A stretch of DNA of 64,000 bases from a virus (taxonomy: Duplodnaviria; Caudoviricetes): the IMG/VR virus record IMGVR_UViG_3300042477_000769; one strand, written 5' to 3'. Position numbers and translations under genes: made by a program. The notes beneath the pieces are model-generated. The model made no database searches and was not told where the DNA came from. It saw only the letters and a list, made by a program, of their open reading frames with translations. Below, one piece after another: positions 1-9,696 of the stretch (its first letter is position 1; each line of letters begins with the position of its first letter).

Positions 1-2
1 AC

Positions 3-332
3 TATTTTCAATCTAAGAATAAGAATTATCGATTAGCTAACCGAGAGTATATTTTGTTAAAAAATAGAAAGCGAAAAAGATTACTTTCGGGATCAAATAT
101 CTCACAATTAGAAATTAAACAACTACTAATCAAACATAATAATAGTTGTTATTATTGCAAATGTAGTGTAAATTCTGGTTTTAATCTGCATTTAGATCAT
201 AAAATACCTTTAGTTCGTGGTGGGCAACATAACATACATAATTTAGTTCCGGCATGTGCTACATGCAATTTAAGAAAAGGCACTAAAACAGATATTGAAT
301 TCCAAGAAATGAGTATCAGCAATGGAAGCTAG
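3..332 (+). CDS. HNH endonuclease, 5'-truncated (putative free-standing homing endonuclease)
   Basis: CYYC...HLDHKIPLVRGG..NIHNLVPACATCNLRKG is a classic HNH motif. The frame stays open back to position 3, so the real start lies before the window. Confidence 0.85.
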   Translation, partial: YFQSKNKNYRLANREYILLKNRKRKRLLSGSNISQLEIKQLLIKHNNSCYYCKCSVNSGFNLHLDHKIPLVRGGQHNIHNLVPACATCNLRKGTKTDIEFQEMSISNGS

Positions 333-364
333 AATCCTTAAATATCTAGACCAGGAGATTTTGA

Positions 365-3300
365 ATGTTTCTTAAAATAGGTGAAGCTATAGAAATTAAT
401 GGAGTAGAGAGCACTGAGTCTTGTCTACCCGCTGTCAATCCCGAAATTTTAGAAAATTTCAAAAAAATCGCCTCTAATTTAAAAAAGATTGCCCCCAAGG
501 CCGAGGACTTTCTCTACTTCTCTGCCGTAATGATGCATGCCGCAGAGGCAGCCGCTCTCAACGATGACGGCACCCGCAAACTCAATGCCAAAGGCCAACC
601 AGTCGAAGTAGGTTGGGATAAACGAGGAAACACTTGGAGATGGACTTCTAATGACCCCAATGTGAGACCTTATAAAAATGCGAATGGCGATATTTTTCCA
701 GAAGAAGAATTAGTTAAAGCCTATAAAAAATGGGTAGGAAAACCTCTGTGCATTGATCATAAATCCAGTTCCGTCGATCATGTCAGAGGTTTTATCGTTG
801 ATACTTACTATGATCGTAATTTAAAACGAGTGATTGCTTTATGCGCTTTAGATAAGGCTGGTTACCCTCAATTAGCTAGACAAGTAGCTACTGGAGTTTC
901 TAATTGTGTATCCATGGGTACGGCGGTAGGAAAAGCTATTTGTTCTGATTGTGCCACCGTAGCTAGAACAGAACATGATTTTTGTGATCATATGAGACGC
1001 AAATCATGTTATGGAGAAATTAATTTAGATTTAAATCCTATAGAATTATCGATAGTAGTAAATGGTGCAGATCCTAAAGCTAGCATTAAGCATATTATTG
1101 CGGCGGCTAACACTTTAAATTCTTATGTAGAAAGCAAACAACAAGAAATAAATAAGTTTGCGGATAATTTTAGCGCTCGTTTGAGTTTTAATGTTGGGGA
1201 TCAAAGAGATAATGCTTCGGTCACTGATATTGAAGTTAATTCTAGTGATTTAGAAAATTTCAAAAAAGATGTTGAAAAAGCTATTGCAGATTTCCAGGAA
1301 CTGCAATCTTCATTAAATGAAGAAGAAAAAATGCAAGAACATACTAATGAAACTGCATTTGATCAATTGCCAGAAGAGATTAACTCTTCGGCTGATTCTG
1401 GATTGGCTCCCCCACATGCAAGATTTGCATCCGCTAAAGTAGGGGTGGACCCTATTGCTGAGCTTCAAGAGGTCACTAAAGGTATTGAGGCCAAGTTAAG
1501 CCAAATGAAACACAGCTTAGATAAGTTAGTAAACACTTCTACACATACACAAGAGGAAACTATGTCAGGTACAAACAATATGAATAAGAAAGGTTATTAC
1601 CAAGGCGCTGGTGGAGTTAATGAACCTACTCCAGGACAAGCTAAATATCCTAAAGATCCGTTAAACGAGCAATTACGTGAACGGGAAGATAAACAAATGG
1701 TTGGTCAATCAGGATTCCCTGGTGTTGGACCCGTGGATGGAATGCATCCCAGCCCAGATTCGGCAGAACCTGCTAATGAATTAGAGCGCAAAAAAATGTT
1801 AGCTCGGGCAGAATCCGAAGAGCGCGCAGTTCGCCGACAAGCCATTATTAATTTAGCTAAATCAGCCTTAGAGAATAAGCAAGCTTATTTCCAAGGTGGT
1901 GGCGGCGTGAATGAGCCCACTCCTGGTAAAACCAAATATCCTGCTGACAAGTTAAATGAACAAGCTCGTGATAAAGAAGATAAGCAAATGGTTGGCCAAA
2001 AACCTTTCCCTGGTGTAGGCCCGGTCGATGGATTACACCCTAGTCCTAGTTCGGCTGATATGGCAGACGAATTAAAGCGTAAAGAAATGTTACGCCGAGC
2101 CTCTACCCTGAGTGCTAAATTTGCTTATGCTAGCAATAATGACGGTTCGATTAATAAAGGTGATTGTGCGTGGGAAGTTTATCGTGGCGACAAATTAATT
2201 TTGAGCGCTTCAGTTAATGAATTATCTGGTGGAAAACCAAATAAATTATATGCCAACATTGCTACCAAACCATTTGGAGCTAAACTATTAGAAAAAGTAA
2301 AAGCTCATGGAGTAGATAAAGTTCGTGCCTTAGTTAAAAGCGCTCAAGTTGCTCCTGAAATGACCCAAGAAATGGCGCCTCCTGCTGAAGCAGCTCCGGC
2401 TCCGGCTCCTGCTCCTGCTCCAGCTGGATTAGATCCAGTAGAAGACGCAGGTAAATCTGGCGATGTCAAAGAGTCTGCTTCTGAGTTAGCTGAAAAAGTT
2501 AGAGATTTAAGCTCTGATTTAGTAGAAACAGTTCGCGCGTTAGAAGGCGAAAAAGCTGAAATGGGCGAAGTAGATGGCGCCGGTGGCGAGATGGCCGCTG
2601 CAGCTTCCTTTAGTACCAAAACATTAAATTCTTTTAGAAAAGAATTAAATGGAATGTTAACAGAAGCGATGAAAGAAGCGGTAGCTAGTTTAGATGGTCA
2701 TGCGGAAGAATTAGATCTTATTAGTGGATTATATGATAAGGGAGTGGTATCCACAGCCAATCAAGAATTAGTAAATAACATTGCAGAAGATGCCTTAACA
2801 GAAGCTAAGACTGCAGTGGCTGATGGATTCAAATTAATGTCTGCTTTCGTGAAGTATGCTCGTGGCACTCAAGCTATTGTCAAACGTGCAGAAATTGAAG
2901 CTGAACTTGAAGCATTAGCTGAAGGAGAAAATATGGATGGCGTACATAGCAGTAACGATGGCGATGATGATTTAATGGCCATGATTTCTGACACTAATTC
3001 TGAATTAGAAGATGTCAAATCTTTAATGGAAGAAGATAAAGACATGGAAGATGAACATGAAAAATCATTATTTGAAACTGTCGTAGAAGAAGGCGAAGTG
3101 GAAGCTGACGCTTTAGCTGATGATCATAAAGATGATGACAATGATCTCAAGGCTGGAGATTTGAAGCCAGAAACTCAACTCAAGCCAGAAATGTTATCTC
3201 AAGCCTTTAATAGCAAAGCTGGTCGCGCTGCCTTAAGAGCCAAATTAGCTGCTGATGCCTTAGGTAAACAAGATGATGGTCAAGTTCAAGATATGTCGCG

Positions 3301-3964
3301 GGCTCATTTTAGCGATATGTTAGATGAGGCTAATGATTTAGCTGATGGTCAAACAGAATTAGATGTAAAGCCTTCTAATAACTTAGGTTATGTAGAAACC
3401 TTATCGGAAGTTAACAAATCCATGATGGATTTGGCTAAAGCTCCACCTAAGGTTCGTAAAGAGGCTGAAGCTATTCACAAATTAGTCTCGGAAGGCAAAT
3501 TAGATCCATCAGATTTAGATGAATTAGTCTCTGAAGGATTAGATAAAGATGCCGTAGCTTACTACCGCAAATACTGGGGTCAAGTAGATGGTGGCTCTGA
3601 ATTTGCTAATGAATTAGCTAAAGAGCATGTGAAAGCTAAGATGGAAGAAGAGCTAAATAACTATAAAGTTAAAATTGCTAGAGCTTATGAATTAGCTTAT
3701 GATATGGTGGAACGTGGTTTGTGCGCTTCCGATCGTATTCATGTGACAGCTCAAGTAGAAGAAATTATGAAGTTTAATGATGAGTCATTTGAATCTTTAA
3801 AGAGAGTCGTCGCTCAACATAACCCAATGTTACAAAAGTCTGCTCATCGTATGCCGCAAGTAGGGTTTATTGGTGCGGGCGAAACTCATAGTGCAACATC
3901 CGCAGATGATGATTGGTCTCAATTATCGGCAGCATTTGCTAAGACTAACAAAAGATTATTCTGA
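365..3964 (+). CDS. Prohead (capsid maturation) protease fused to a long scaffolding region
   Basis: N-terminal region has NANGDIF, DHK (His), VSMG (Ser) and ELSIVVNGADPKA motifs typical of HK97/assemblin-type prohead proteases, plus a CxxC..CxH insert. The rest is acidic and helical, ending in DDDWSQLSAAF. AGGAG RBS; upstream of the capsid gene. Confidence 0.8.
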   Translation: MFLKIGEAIEINGVESTESCLPAVNPEILENFKKIASNLKKIAPKAEDFLYFSAVMMHAAEAAALNDDGTRKLNAKGQPVEVGWDKRGNTWRWTSNDPNVRPYKNANGDIFPEEELVKAYKKWVGKPLCIDHKSSSVDHVRGFIVDTYYDRNLKRVIALCALDKAGYPQLARQVATGVSNCVSMGTAVGKAICSDCATVARTEHDFCDHMRRKSCYGEINLDLNPIELSIVVNGADPKASIKHIIAAANTLNSYVESKQQEINKFADNFSARLSFNVGDQRDNASVTDIEVNSSDLENFKKDVEKAIADFQELQSSLNEEEKMQEHTNETAFDQLPEEINSSADSGLAPPHARFASAKVGVDPIAELQEVTKGIEAKLSQMKHSLDKLVNTSTHTQEETMSGTNNMNKKGYYQGAGGVNEPTPGQAKYPKDPLNEQLREREDKQMVGQSGFPGVGPVDGMHPSPDSAEPANELERKKMLARAESEERAVRRQAIINLAKSALENKQAYFQGGGGVNEPTPGKTKYPADKLNEQARDKEDKQMVGQKPFPGVGPVDGLHPSPSSADMADELKRKEMLRRASTLSAKFAYASNNDGSINKGDCAWEVYRGDKLILSASVNELSGGKPNKLYANIATKPFGAKLLEKVKAHGVDKVRALVKSAQVAPEMTQEMAPPAEAAPAPAPAPAPAGLDPVEDAGKSGDVKESASELAEKVRDLSSDLVETVRALEGEKAEMGEVDGAGGEMAAAASFSTKTLNSFRKELNGMLTEAMKEAVASLDGHAEELDLISGLYDKGVVSTANQELVNNIAEDALTEAKTAVADGFKLMSAFVKYARGTQAIVKRAEIEAELEALAEGENMDGVHSSNDGDDDLMAMISDTNSELEDVKSLMEEDKDMEDEHEKSLFETVVEEGEVEADALADDHKDDDNDLKAGDLKPETQLKPEMLSQAFNSKAGRAALRAKLAADALGKQDDGQVQDMSRAHFSDMLDEANDLADGQTELDVKPSNNLGYVETLSEVNKSMMDLAKAPPKVRKEAEAIHKLVSEGKLDPSDLDELVSEGLDKDAVAYYRKYWGQVDGGSEFANELAKEHVKAKMEEELNNYKVKIARAYELAYDMVERGLCASDRIHVTAQVEEIMKFNDESFESLKRVVAQHNPMLQKSAHRMPQVGFIGAGETHSATSADDDWSQLSAAFAKTNKRLF
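1595..2101 (+). repeat. Two copies of a 72-codon module (1595-1810 and 1886-2101) inside the protease-scaffold gene
   Basis: YYQGAGGVNEPTPG...MLARA versus YFQGGGGVNEPTPG...MLRRA; 53 of 72 residues identical by manual alignment. Confidence 0.9.
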
Positions 3965-3994
3965 GCAAAATCAACAAACTGAATAGAGGATATT

Positions 3995-4606
3995 ATGTCT
4001 AAAAATAGTGTATCAGATTTTGTCGCTGCTAGTATGGATGCAGCCTTAAAAAGCCCCGAGTATAAAACTTTGTTCAATACTCAATATAAATATGCTGAAG
4101 AAAAAGAAAAAGATGATTGCGATACGGATGATTGCAATGATACTTCTCATGCTCATGATACCTCTGCCGCTGATGTCGGGGAAGCTTGGGATAAAGATGA
4201 GAAAGATGCCAAAGATGATGACATGAAAGCTGATGCTGCTTTTGATGTTGCGATCGATAGCTTACTCACTGCTTCGGCCGCTTTAGATGCAGTTGGTATG
4301 GAAAAAACTGCTACATTTAGCTTAAAATTAGCCTCCTTAGTAGTAGAGGCCAAAAAGAAAGAAAAAGATAAGGCTAAGGATAAAAAGAAAGAAAAAGCTG
4401 ATATGAATGACGCTAAAGCTAAAGCCAAAGCCAAAGAAAAAATGGCTAAAGAAAAAGCCAAAGAAAAAGAAAAGAAAGATATGCAGATGGCTAAAGATAA
4501 AGCTGCTAAAGAAAAAGAAAAATTAGCCAAAGAAAAAGCCGCTAAAGATAAGATGGCTAAAGAAAAGGCTGAGAAAGAAAAAGCCTCTCAAAAAAAAAGT
4601 AAGTAA
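3995..4606 (+). CDS. Hypothetical, candidate internal head protein with acidic N-half and Lys/Ala/Glu-rich low-complexity tail
   Basis: GAGGA RBS; carries the LxxAxxxLDxxG helical motif shared with neighbours; KAKEK-type repeats at the C-terminus. Confidence 0.6.
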   Translation: MSKNSVSDFVAASMDAALKSPEYKTLFNTQYKYAEEKEKDDCDTDDCNDTSHAHDTSAADVGEAWDKDEKDAKDDDMKADAAFDVAIDSLLTASAALDAVGMEKTATFSLKLASLVVEAKKKEKDKAKDKKKEKADMNDAKAKAKAKEKMAKEKAKEKEKKDMQMAKDKAAKEKEKLAKEKAAKDKMAKEKAEKEKASQKKSK

Positions 4607-4631
4607 AGCGTCTTGGAACGATCAGGAATAA

Positions 4632-4847
4632 TTTGTAGAAATTAAGGACAAAAATGATAATGTAGTAGCTCGTGTACATAAATCATTATCAAAAAATGTT
4701 TTAGATAGTTTACCTGCAGATTTAGGCGCTCATGTGCCAGGATTAGGAGAAGATGATTATCCTGGCTATGAACCTTTGTCTGCTGAAGTAAAATATTATG
4801 ATGGCTATGAAGATGAAGATTTAGACTACGAAGATTGGACTCAATAG
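4632..4847 (+). pseudogene. 71-codon open frame with no canonical start near its 5' end (acidic C-terminus); gene remnant or non-canonical start
   Basis: Manual translation FVEIKDKNDNVVARVHKSLSKNVLDSLPADLGAHVPGLGEDDYPGYEPLSAEVKYYDGYEDEDLDYEDWTQ*. It fills the gap between two genes and is preceded by AGGA and an in-frame TAA at 4629. Confidence 0.35.
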
Positions 4848-4851
4848 TTAA

Positions 4852-5070
4852 ATGTTTAAAAATACTAATGTAACAGAAGAAATTTATCGTTCAATGGAAA
4901 AACAATTAGTTTCTCATCAAGTAGAAACTAGGTTTGGATTTAAACGATTAGCTCAAGCCGCTGATTATTTGCAAGCGGCGGCTGAGATCTTTGATCAAGC
5001 TGGAATGTTACAACAAGCTGACGAAATAACAGAAGTCTTGCAAGATTTAGCTCAAGAAATGGCTAAATAG
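4852..5070 (+). CDS. Small hypothetical, candidate internal head protein
   Basis: Motif LAQAADYLQAAAEIFDQAGMLQQADEI, paralogous to the 5079 ORF. Confidence 0.6.
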   Translation: MFKNTNVTEEIYRSMEKQLVSHQVETRFGFKRLAQAADYLQAAAEIFDQAGMLQQADEITEVLQDLAQEMAK

Positions 5071-5078
5071 GAGTAACG

Positions 5079-5603
5079 ATGGCAAAACCCAGCATAGAAC
5101 ACGAATTAGTCTTAGGAATGCAACAAGAATTGCAACCTTATGAAAAAAAGCAAGCAATGACCAATTTGGTCAAAGCGGCAGAATATCTTAATTCTGCTAT
5201 GGAAATATTGGAAGATGCTGGGTTAACCGCTAAAGCAGATCGAGTATTAAGAATCTTAGCTAAAATTGCTCAAGAACAAGATATTAATCAGGCTAAACTG
5301 TCTTCAGATGAAGAATTTTATCAAAAAATAATGAAGTGGTTAGATGATCCAAAAACTCCAGTAGACCCAGAACATCCACAACCCGGAGAAGAATTATCAT
5401 TTAACAGTCTATTAACCGAGCCAGCCAAAGATGAATTAACTTTTCAAAGTTTATTAACGCAAAAAAATGATCCTAAACCCTCCAATGATGACTTATTATT
5501 TAAAAGTATCGCCATGGAATTAGATGAAGATGATGAGTTAGTAAATTTACAAGATGAAGATCAAGAAAGCGATGAAGACGATTTATTTGAAGATGCAGAT
5601 TAA
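5079..5603 (+). CDS. Hypothetical, candidate internal head protein with acidic tail
   Basis: GGAG RBS; motif LVKAAEYLNSAMEILEDAGLTAKADRV; ends DEDDLFEDAD. Confidence 0.6.
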   Translation: MAKPSIEHELVLGMQQELQPYEKKQAMTNLVKAAEYLNSAMEILEDAGLTAKADRVLRILAKIAQEQDINQAKLSSDEEFYQKIMKWLDDPKTPVDPEHPQPGEELSFNSLLTEPAKDELTFQSLLTQKNDPKPSNDDLLFKSIAMELDEDDELVNLQDEDQESDEDDLFEDAD

Positions 5604-6460
5604 CTAATTAATTCTAAATATTTAGAATATTTCCTAGGTAAATATATAGTAGCCTCCTGATACATCCAAGATAATAACTTCTTAACTTGCAAATTGCCAC
5701 CCACCGAAAGTGTGGTGGTAATTGTATTTTTACCGCTTAAATGCAAACTCGGCGTAATATTTAAGTGTTGTTGGATAATATTTTTAACACCTTGGCAAAA
5801 ATCATGAGTTGATGTTATTTGCCAGCCCCAATTGATATAGCCCGTGGGTGTTGGCTGTTTCTGGTATAAACAACCATCTCCATCAAAATATCCACGAATA
5901 AAATGTTGTTGCATCTCAACTGAGGTTAACCAAGAAGGGAAAGTTAAGGTTAAACTTTTATTAGGCGTACAGCCTAAGTTAGTTAATTGCTGAGAGATAG
6001 TTTTATTATTTATTTTTAATAGGCAAGCTGGATAAGGAGGATTATCTATTTCTTTAATGATGCTGGTCGGAGAAATAATATCTCTAATTGTTTCTAGATG
6101 AGATTTGTCTAATGCCTGTAATTTGCAGCTAATTTCGTAATGATGTGGTGGCTTAATATAATTATTGCCGTCAGCATATAAAAATCCTAAAATATAAGCT
6201 TTTTCTTGAGAATCAATAACTTGAAAAAAATTTTCATCAGCTAAATATTTGGTAGTATATTGGGTCGTGGAACGAATTGGAATATTATTCCGACGTAAAG
6301 AATTAAGAACAAAAGTAGCCGAACAATTAAATTGGTGTGCTATTTGTGAACTAGTGGATCCAGATTGATATAGATCAATTATCTGGGAAATAACAGTAGA
6401 ATTATATTTTTTTCTTACCATGGTTGGATAACAAGATATATATCTGTAAGGAAAAACCAT
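5600..6460 (-). CDS. Free-standing two-motif LAGLIDADG homing endonuclease with N-terminal HTH
   Basis: AYILGFLYADG and HFIRGYFDGDG motifs; inserted antisense within the head module. Confidence 0.85.
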   Translation of the reverse strand: MVFPYRYISCYPTMVRKKYNSTVISQIIDLYQSGSTSSQIAHQFNCSATFVLNSLRRNNIPIRSTTQYTTKYLADENFFQVIDSQEKAYILGFLYADGNNYIKPPHHYEISCKLQALDKSHLETIRDIISPTSIIKEIDNPPYPACLLKINNKTISQQLTNLGCTPNKSLTLTFPSWLTSVEMQQHFIRGYFDGDGCLYQKQPTPTGYINWGWQITSTHDFCQGVKNIIQQHLNITPSLHLSGKNTITTTLSVGGNLQVKKLLSWMYQEATIYLPRKYSKYLELIS

Positions 6461-6496
6461 GCAATATTGTAAAGAGATTAAAGTCTGGAGGACACC

Positions 6497-7186
6497 ATTC
6501 TTAGGCTAGTTCAAACCGGCAATGCGTTGCCGATGTCGTTTATTGTGGATCCGTCGGCTGAGTTCCAACCGGGGCAAATAGCGGAGCTGACCGTCATCGG
6601 CAACCAAGTCATGGCCACTGTCAGCAACGGCACCGCTCCTATTGGCATTATTGATGATATCAAGACTCGTGCTTTTACCAACGTATCGTGGAATGAGGTA
6701 GTGGTCGTACCTGCAGTTGGGGTACCAGGACCTAATGGAACTACCGTTACTCCGATTGATATTAAGGCAGAATTAAGAAAACCGAATATTGTGCCGTCTA
6801 GTTTTACTTCTACTATTGATGTGGTGTTAAATGCGGAAAATGGAGTTATTAAATTTGTGGCGGGCACTCCGTTAAATTTTGATTTAACTGGCACGGGCAC
6901 ACCGAATGCGATTCGAACCATAGTTAATTATACTTATTATGTGGCTAATATTCCGGGAGATGATAGTACTCAAGGATCAGGTCGAGTAACGGTCTGGTTT
7001 GATAGAATCTTTTTTCAGACTGATCAATATGAGACGAATCAACAATATCCAGTGAGAGCTAATTTGTATGTGAGTGAAATTGGAATGTTAACTACCCGAA
7101 GACCTAGCAATATTCATCCGGCAGTCGGGATGGTGACTGCGCCACCGTCACCCACCTTACCATTTATTGAAGTTTTATGGTACTAA
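6497..7186 (+). CDS. Capsid decoration/cement-like protein, paralog of the 13830 ORF; probable ATT start
   Basis: GGAGG at 6487-6491 is followed by in-frame ATT at 6497. (M)LRLVQTG aligns with MALKLLQPG, GSGRVTVW with GSGKVTCW, and LYVSEIGMLT with LFYTTAGLLT. Confidence 0.55.
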   Translation: MLRLVQTGNALPMSFIVDPSAEFQPGQIAELTVIGNQVMATVSNGTAPIGIIDDIKTRAFTNVSWNEVVVVPAVGVPGPNGTTVTPIDIKAELRKPNIVPSSFTSTIDVVLNAENGVIKFVAGTPLNFDLTGTGTPNAIRTIVNYTYYVANIPGDDSTQGSGRVTVWFDRIFFQTDQYETNQQYPVRANLYVSEIGMLTTRRPSNIHPAVGMVTAPPSPTLPFIEVLWY

Positions 7187-7275
7187 TATTGTAGAGAGTA
7201 ACAAAAACTATCTTTTATGAGTGAAACTTTCTATATTGTGGCATTATATAGAATAAATAATTTTATTGAGGCCAT

Positions 7276-8550
7276 ATGACTTTTAAACACATTAAGTTTG
7301 AAGATTCTGCCATCATGCGTTCATTAGAGAAATTAGCGTTTGATAAGGGATTAGTAAAGCCAGAAACTTTAAACAAAACAGCATCAGTTAAAAGCCCGGA
7401 GCCCACTTCTGGTAGTTTGGTGGAGCAGGTTATTTACTTATGTGCGGAGATGAAGAAATCTGGCTTAGAAAAAGAGGCTCGAGATTTAGAGCATAAATTA
7501 CTTAATTATAAAAGAGCTAATACTTTGTATCAAACTTCTCAAGAAACGGGAGAAGATTTGGTTGATCAAGCTCATCCTAAGGGAAGTTATCACATGCCGG
7601 GATTAGGGGAGCTAGGGATCATTGAAACGGTTATTGATCAACAATTAAAAAGTTTAAAAATGGTGGAGAAGAAGCCAACGGGTAAATTAGCTAATAGAGA
7701 GATTATTGACGCAGTGAAAGTTATTTTAGCTGAAGAAAATAAAACATTAGAAGAAGTAAAAAAAGAATTAGGCTCTTTAGTAGCCTCTATTAAAGAGCGA
7801 ATAGAAAAAGTTGGTAACATAGCTTCACAATATACGACTGAACACCTATCTTCACAAATTGAGAAAGCGCCGCTGATGTTAGCTGGTCCCCTGGGACTAG
7901 GCGCGCTCTGGCTTGACGAACCAACAAAAAAAATTTCTAATTTTGTTTCTATTATTAGAAATAATTTAAGCGTATATAATGCTAATAATTTTAAAAAAGC
8001 TAAAAATGTTTATCATAATTTTTATGATTTCTTGAAGCCTGGGTTCCAGAAAGGAATTTCGGAAGATGGTTGGAGCATAGTAGAACCAATAATGAATCCA
8101 ATTGGCTCTGATTTAACTAAAGCGATAGAGTTAGTGAATAAAATAAATTTATTAGAATCAAAGGAGGCGCCAGAAGAAAAAAAACCAGAAAACGAAGAAA
8201 AAGTAAAAGTTTTTACAAACCAGCAAAAAAAGCACAATATCTGGATTGAATTTTTAGGCGAATACAGTAAAATGCTTAGTAAAATGGATAAGATCCATAA
8301 AGAATTAGGAGATACGCCCGAGGTGAAAAACACAAAACTTTGGATTAAACAAAAAATAGAAAAAATGCAGATGAAAGCTTCTGCTTGTTTGGAAAACATA
8401 AAGAACAATGAAATAACAGAAGATCAATTTCAAGATCAAATTCATGAATTTGAAAAGTTTTTAAATCATATTGACACTGAGCTTAAAAAACTACCTGTAT
8501 ACTCTAAGGTTAATTCTAACTTGCTACAACAAATAAAAAACTGGTTTTGA
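7276..8550 (+). CDS. Hypothetical, candidate internal/ejection protein
   Basis: GAGG RBS; N-terminal SAIMRSLEKLAFDKGL resembles the 12505 ORF; KTAS and KRAN motifs; short hydrophobic stretch PLMLAGPLGLGALWL. Confidence 0.5.
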   Translation: MTFKHIKFEDSAIMRSLEKLAFDKGLVKPETLNKTASVKSPEPTSGSLVEQVIYLCAEMKKSGLEKEARDLEHKLLNYKRANTLYQTSQETGEDLVDQAHPKGSYHMPGLGELGIIETVIDQQLKSLKMVEKKPTGKLANREIIDAVKVILAEENKTLEEVKKELGSLVASIKERIEKVGNIASQYTTEHLSSQIEKAPLMLAGPLGLGALWLDEPTKKISNFVSIIRNNLSVYNANNFKKAKNVYHNFYDFLKPGFQKGISEDGWSIVEPIMNPIGSDLTKAIELVNKINLLESKEAPEEKKPENEEKVKVFTNQQKKHNIWIEFLGEYSKMLSKMDKIHKELGDTPEVKNTKLWIKQKIEKMQMKASACLENIKNNEITEDQFQDQIHEFEKFLNHIDTELKKLPVYSKVNSNLLQQIKNWF

Positions 8551-8554
8551 TAAT

Positions 8555-9685
8555 ATGTTGAAACGTAATATTATACAAGAAATAAACAAAATAGCCCAAG
8601 AATATGACTCGATTCCTCTTCCTTCTACTCAAAAGAGCAGTCCTAGCGTGTCATCTAAACCTACTGGCTATGTAGCTAATAATGATATTAGTCGCATGCA
8701 AAAAGCTATTCAAAATTTTGCAGCAGCAGCGGTTAAATATAAAACAGTACCTGTCAATAAAAACGGTAAACTAGTAAAAGAAGTTGATAAAAACGATACC
8801 AGAAGAGACTTTAATGATTTTTTGGTAGAACAATTTGCTAATAATGCTGAATTACGAGGCGATGAATACTCTCCAGATCCGGGAGATACGACCCTGTCAT
8901 CTAAACAACCTACAGATCTAATTCAATTAGATAATGTTATTGATCAATTACGTAGAACAGGATCTCAAATAAATGAAAAATTACCAGATGGTAGCTGGGA
9001 AACTCGCACTAATAATGCAGTTCGTAATGTGTATGCTTTAGCTGTAGCATTAGTAGAAGCTAATGAAGCATTGGGTGGAACTTCAATTAATGATCGCCGA
9101 GTATTTACCAGATCAGATTTAGCTGCATTTAAAGCAGCTATTCCTCCTTATAAAGATCCTGTAGCAGAAGGCGGTTTAACTAAAGAAAATCTCTCTCAAA
9201 GAGCAGTGACTATTACTAAATTAGTTAATAAACTAACTGAGTTTTATGATTTTTATTCTAAAACTATTTTAGATCATCCGGCCTATAAAAGCTATATAGA
9301 CCAGACAAAAGCTTTATTGACAGTAGAACCCGGCAAAGATCCGACTATGTTAAATGAAGCAGATCAAAAGCGTTTAGAACAATCAAAAGATATTCGTTTA
9401 CCATTTTTACGAGTCTTAGATAAAGATAATCGTCCCATTAATATTGATGGTAATGTAGCATTAGACTATTTACAAAGTAAACAAGGATTACAAAAATTAA
9501 TGGTAGATTTTTTAAAATATCAACCTAATGAAGTTAATAGCTTTCCTGCTATGAGAAAAACGGTTAATAATTTAATTGATCGTATTAATAAAATAATTGC
9601 TACTAATCGTCAATCATTAAATCCAATAATTGATAAAAATCAAATAAAAGAAATATCATTCGATCCAAACTCTAATATAGCCTAA
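8555..9685 (+). CDS. Hypothetical, candidate internal head protein
   Basis: Long ORF in the head operon with N-terminal NKIAQ motif; no family recognised. Confidence 0.45.
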   Translation: MLKRNIIQEINKIAQEYDSIPLPSTQKSSPSVSSKPTGYVANNDISRMQKAIQNFAAAAVKYKTVPVNKNGKLVKEVDKNDTRRDFNDFLVEQFANNAELRGDEYSPDPGDTTLSSKQPTDLIQLDNVIDQLRRTGSQINEKLPDGSWETRTNNAVRNVYALAVALVEANEALGGTSINDRRVFTRSDLAAFKAAIPPYKDPVAEGGLTKENLSQRAVTITKLVNKLTEFYDFYSKTILDHPAYKSYIDQTKALLTVEPGKDPTMLNEADQKRLEQSKDIRLPFLRVLDKDNRPINIDGNVALDYLQSKQGLQKLMVDFLKYQPNEVNSFPAMRKTVNNLIDRINKIIATNRQSLNPIIDKNQIKEISFDPNSNIA

Positions 9686-9696
9686 AGGTAAACTCC

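Noticed and set aside
4589-4631. Programmed frameshift at the A9 run joining ORF 3995 to the 4632 frame
   Set aside because: Both shifted frames hit stops (TAA 4600 and TAA 4629) before reaching the downstream ORF.
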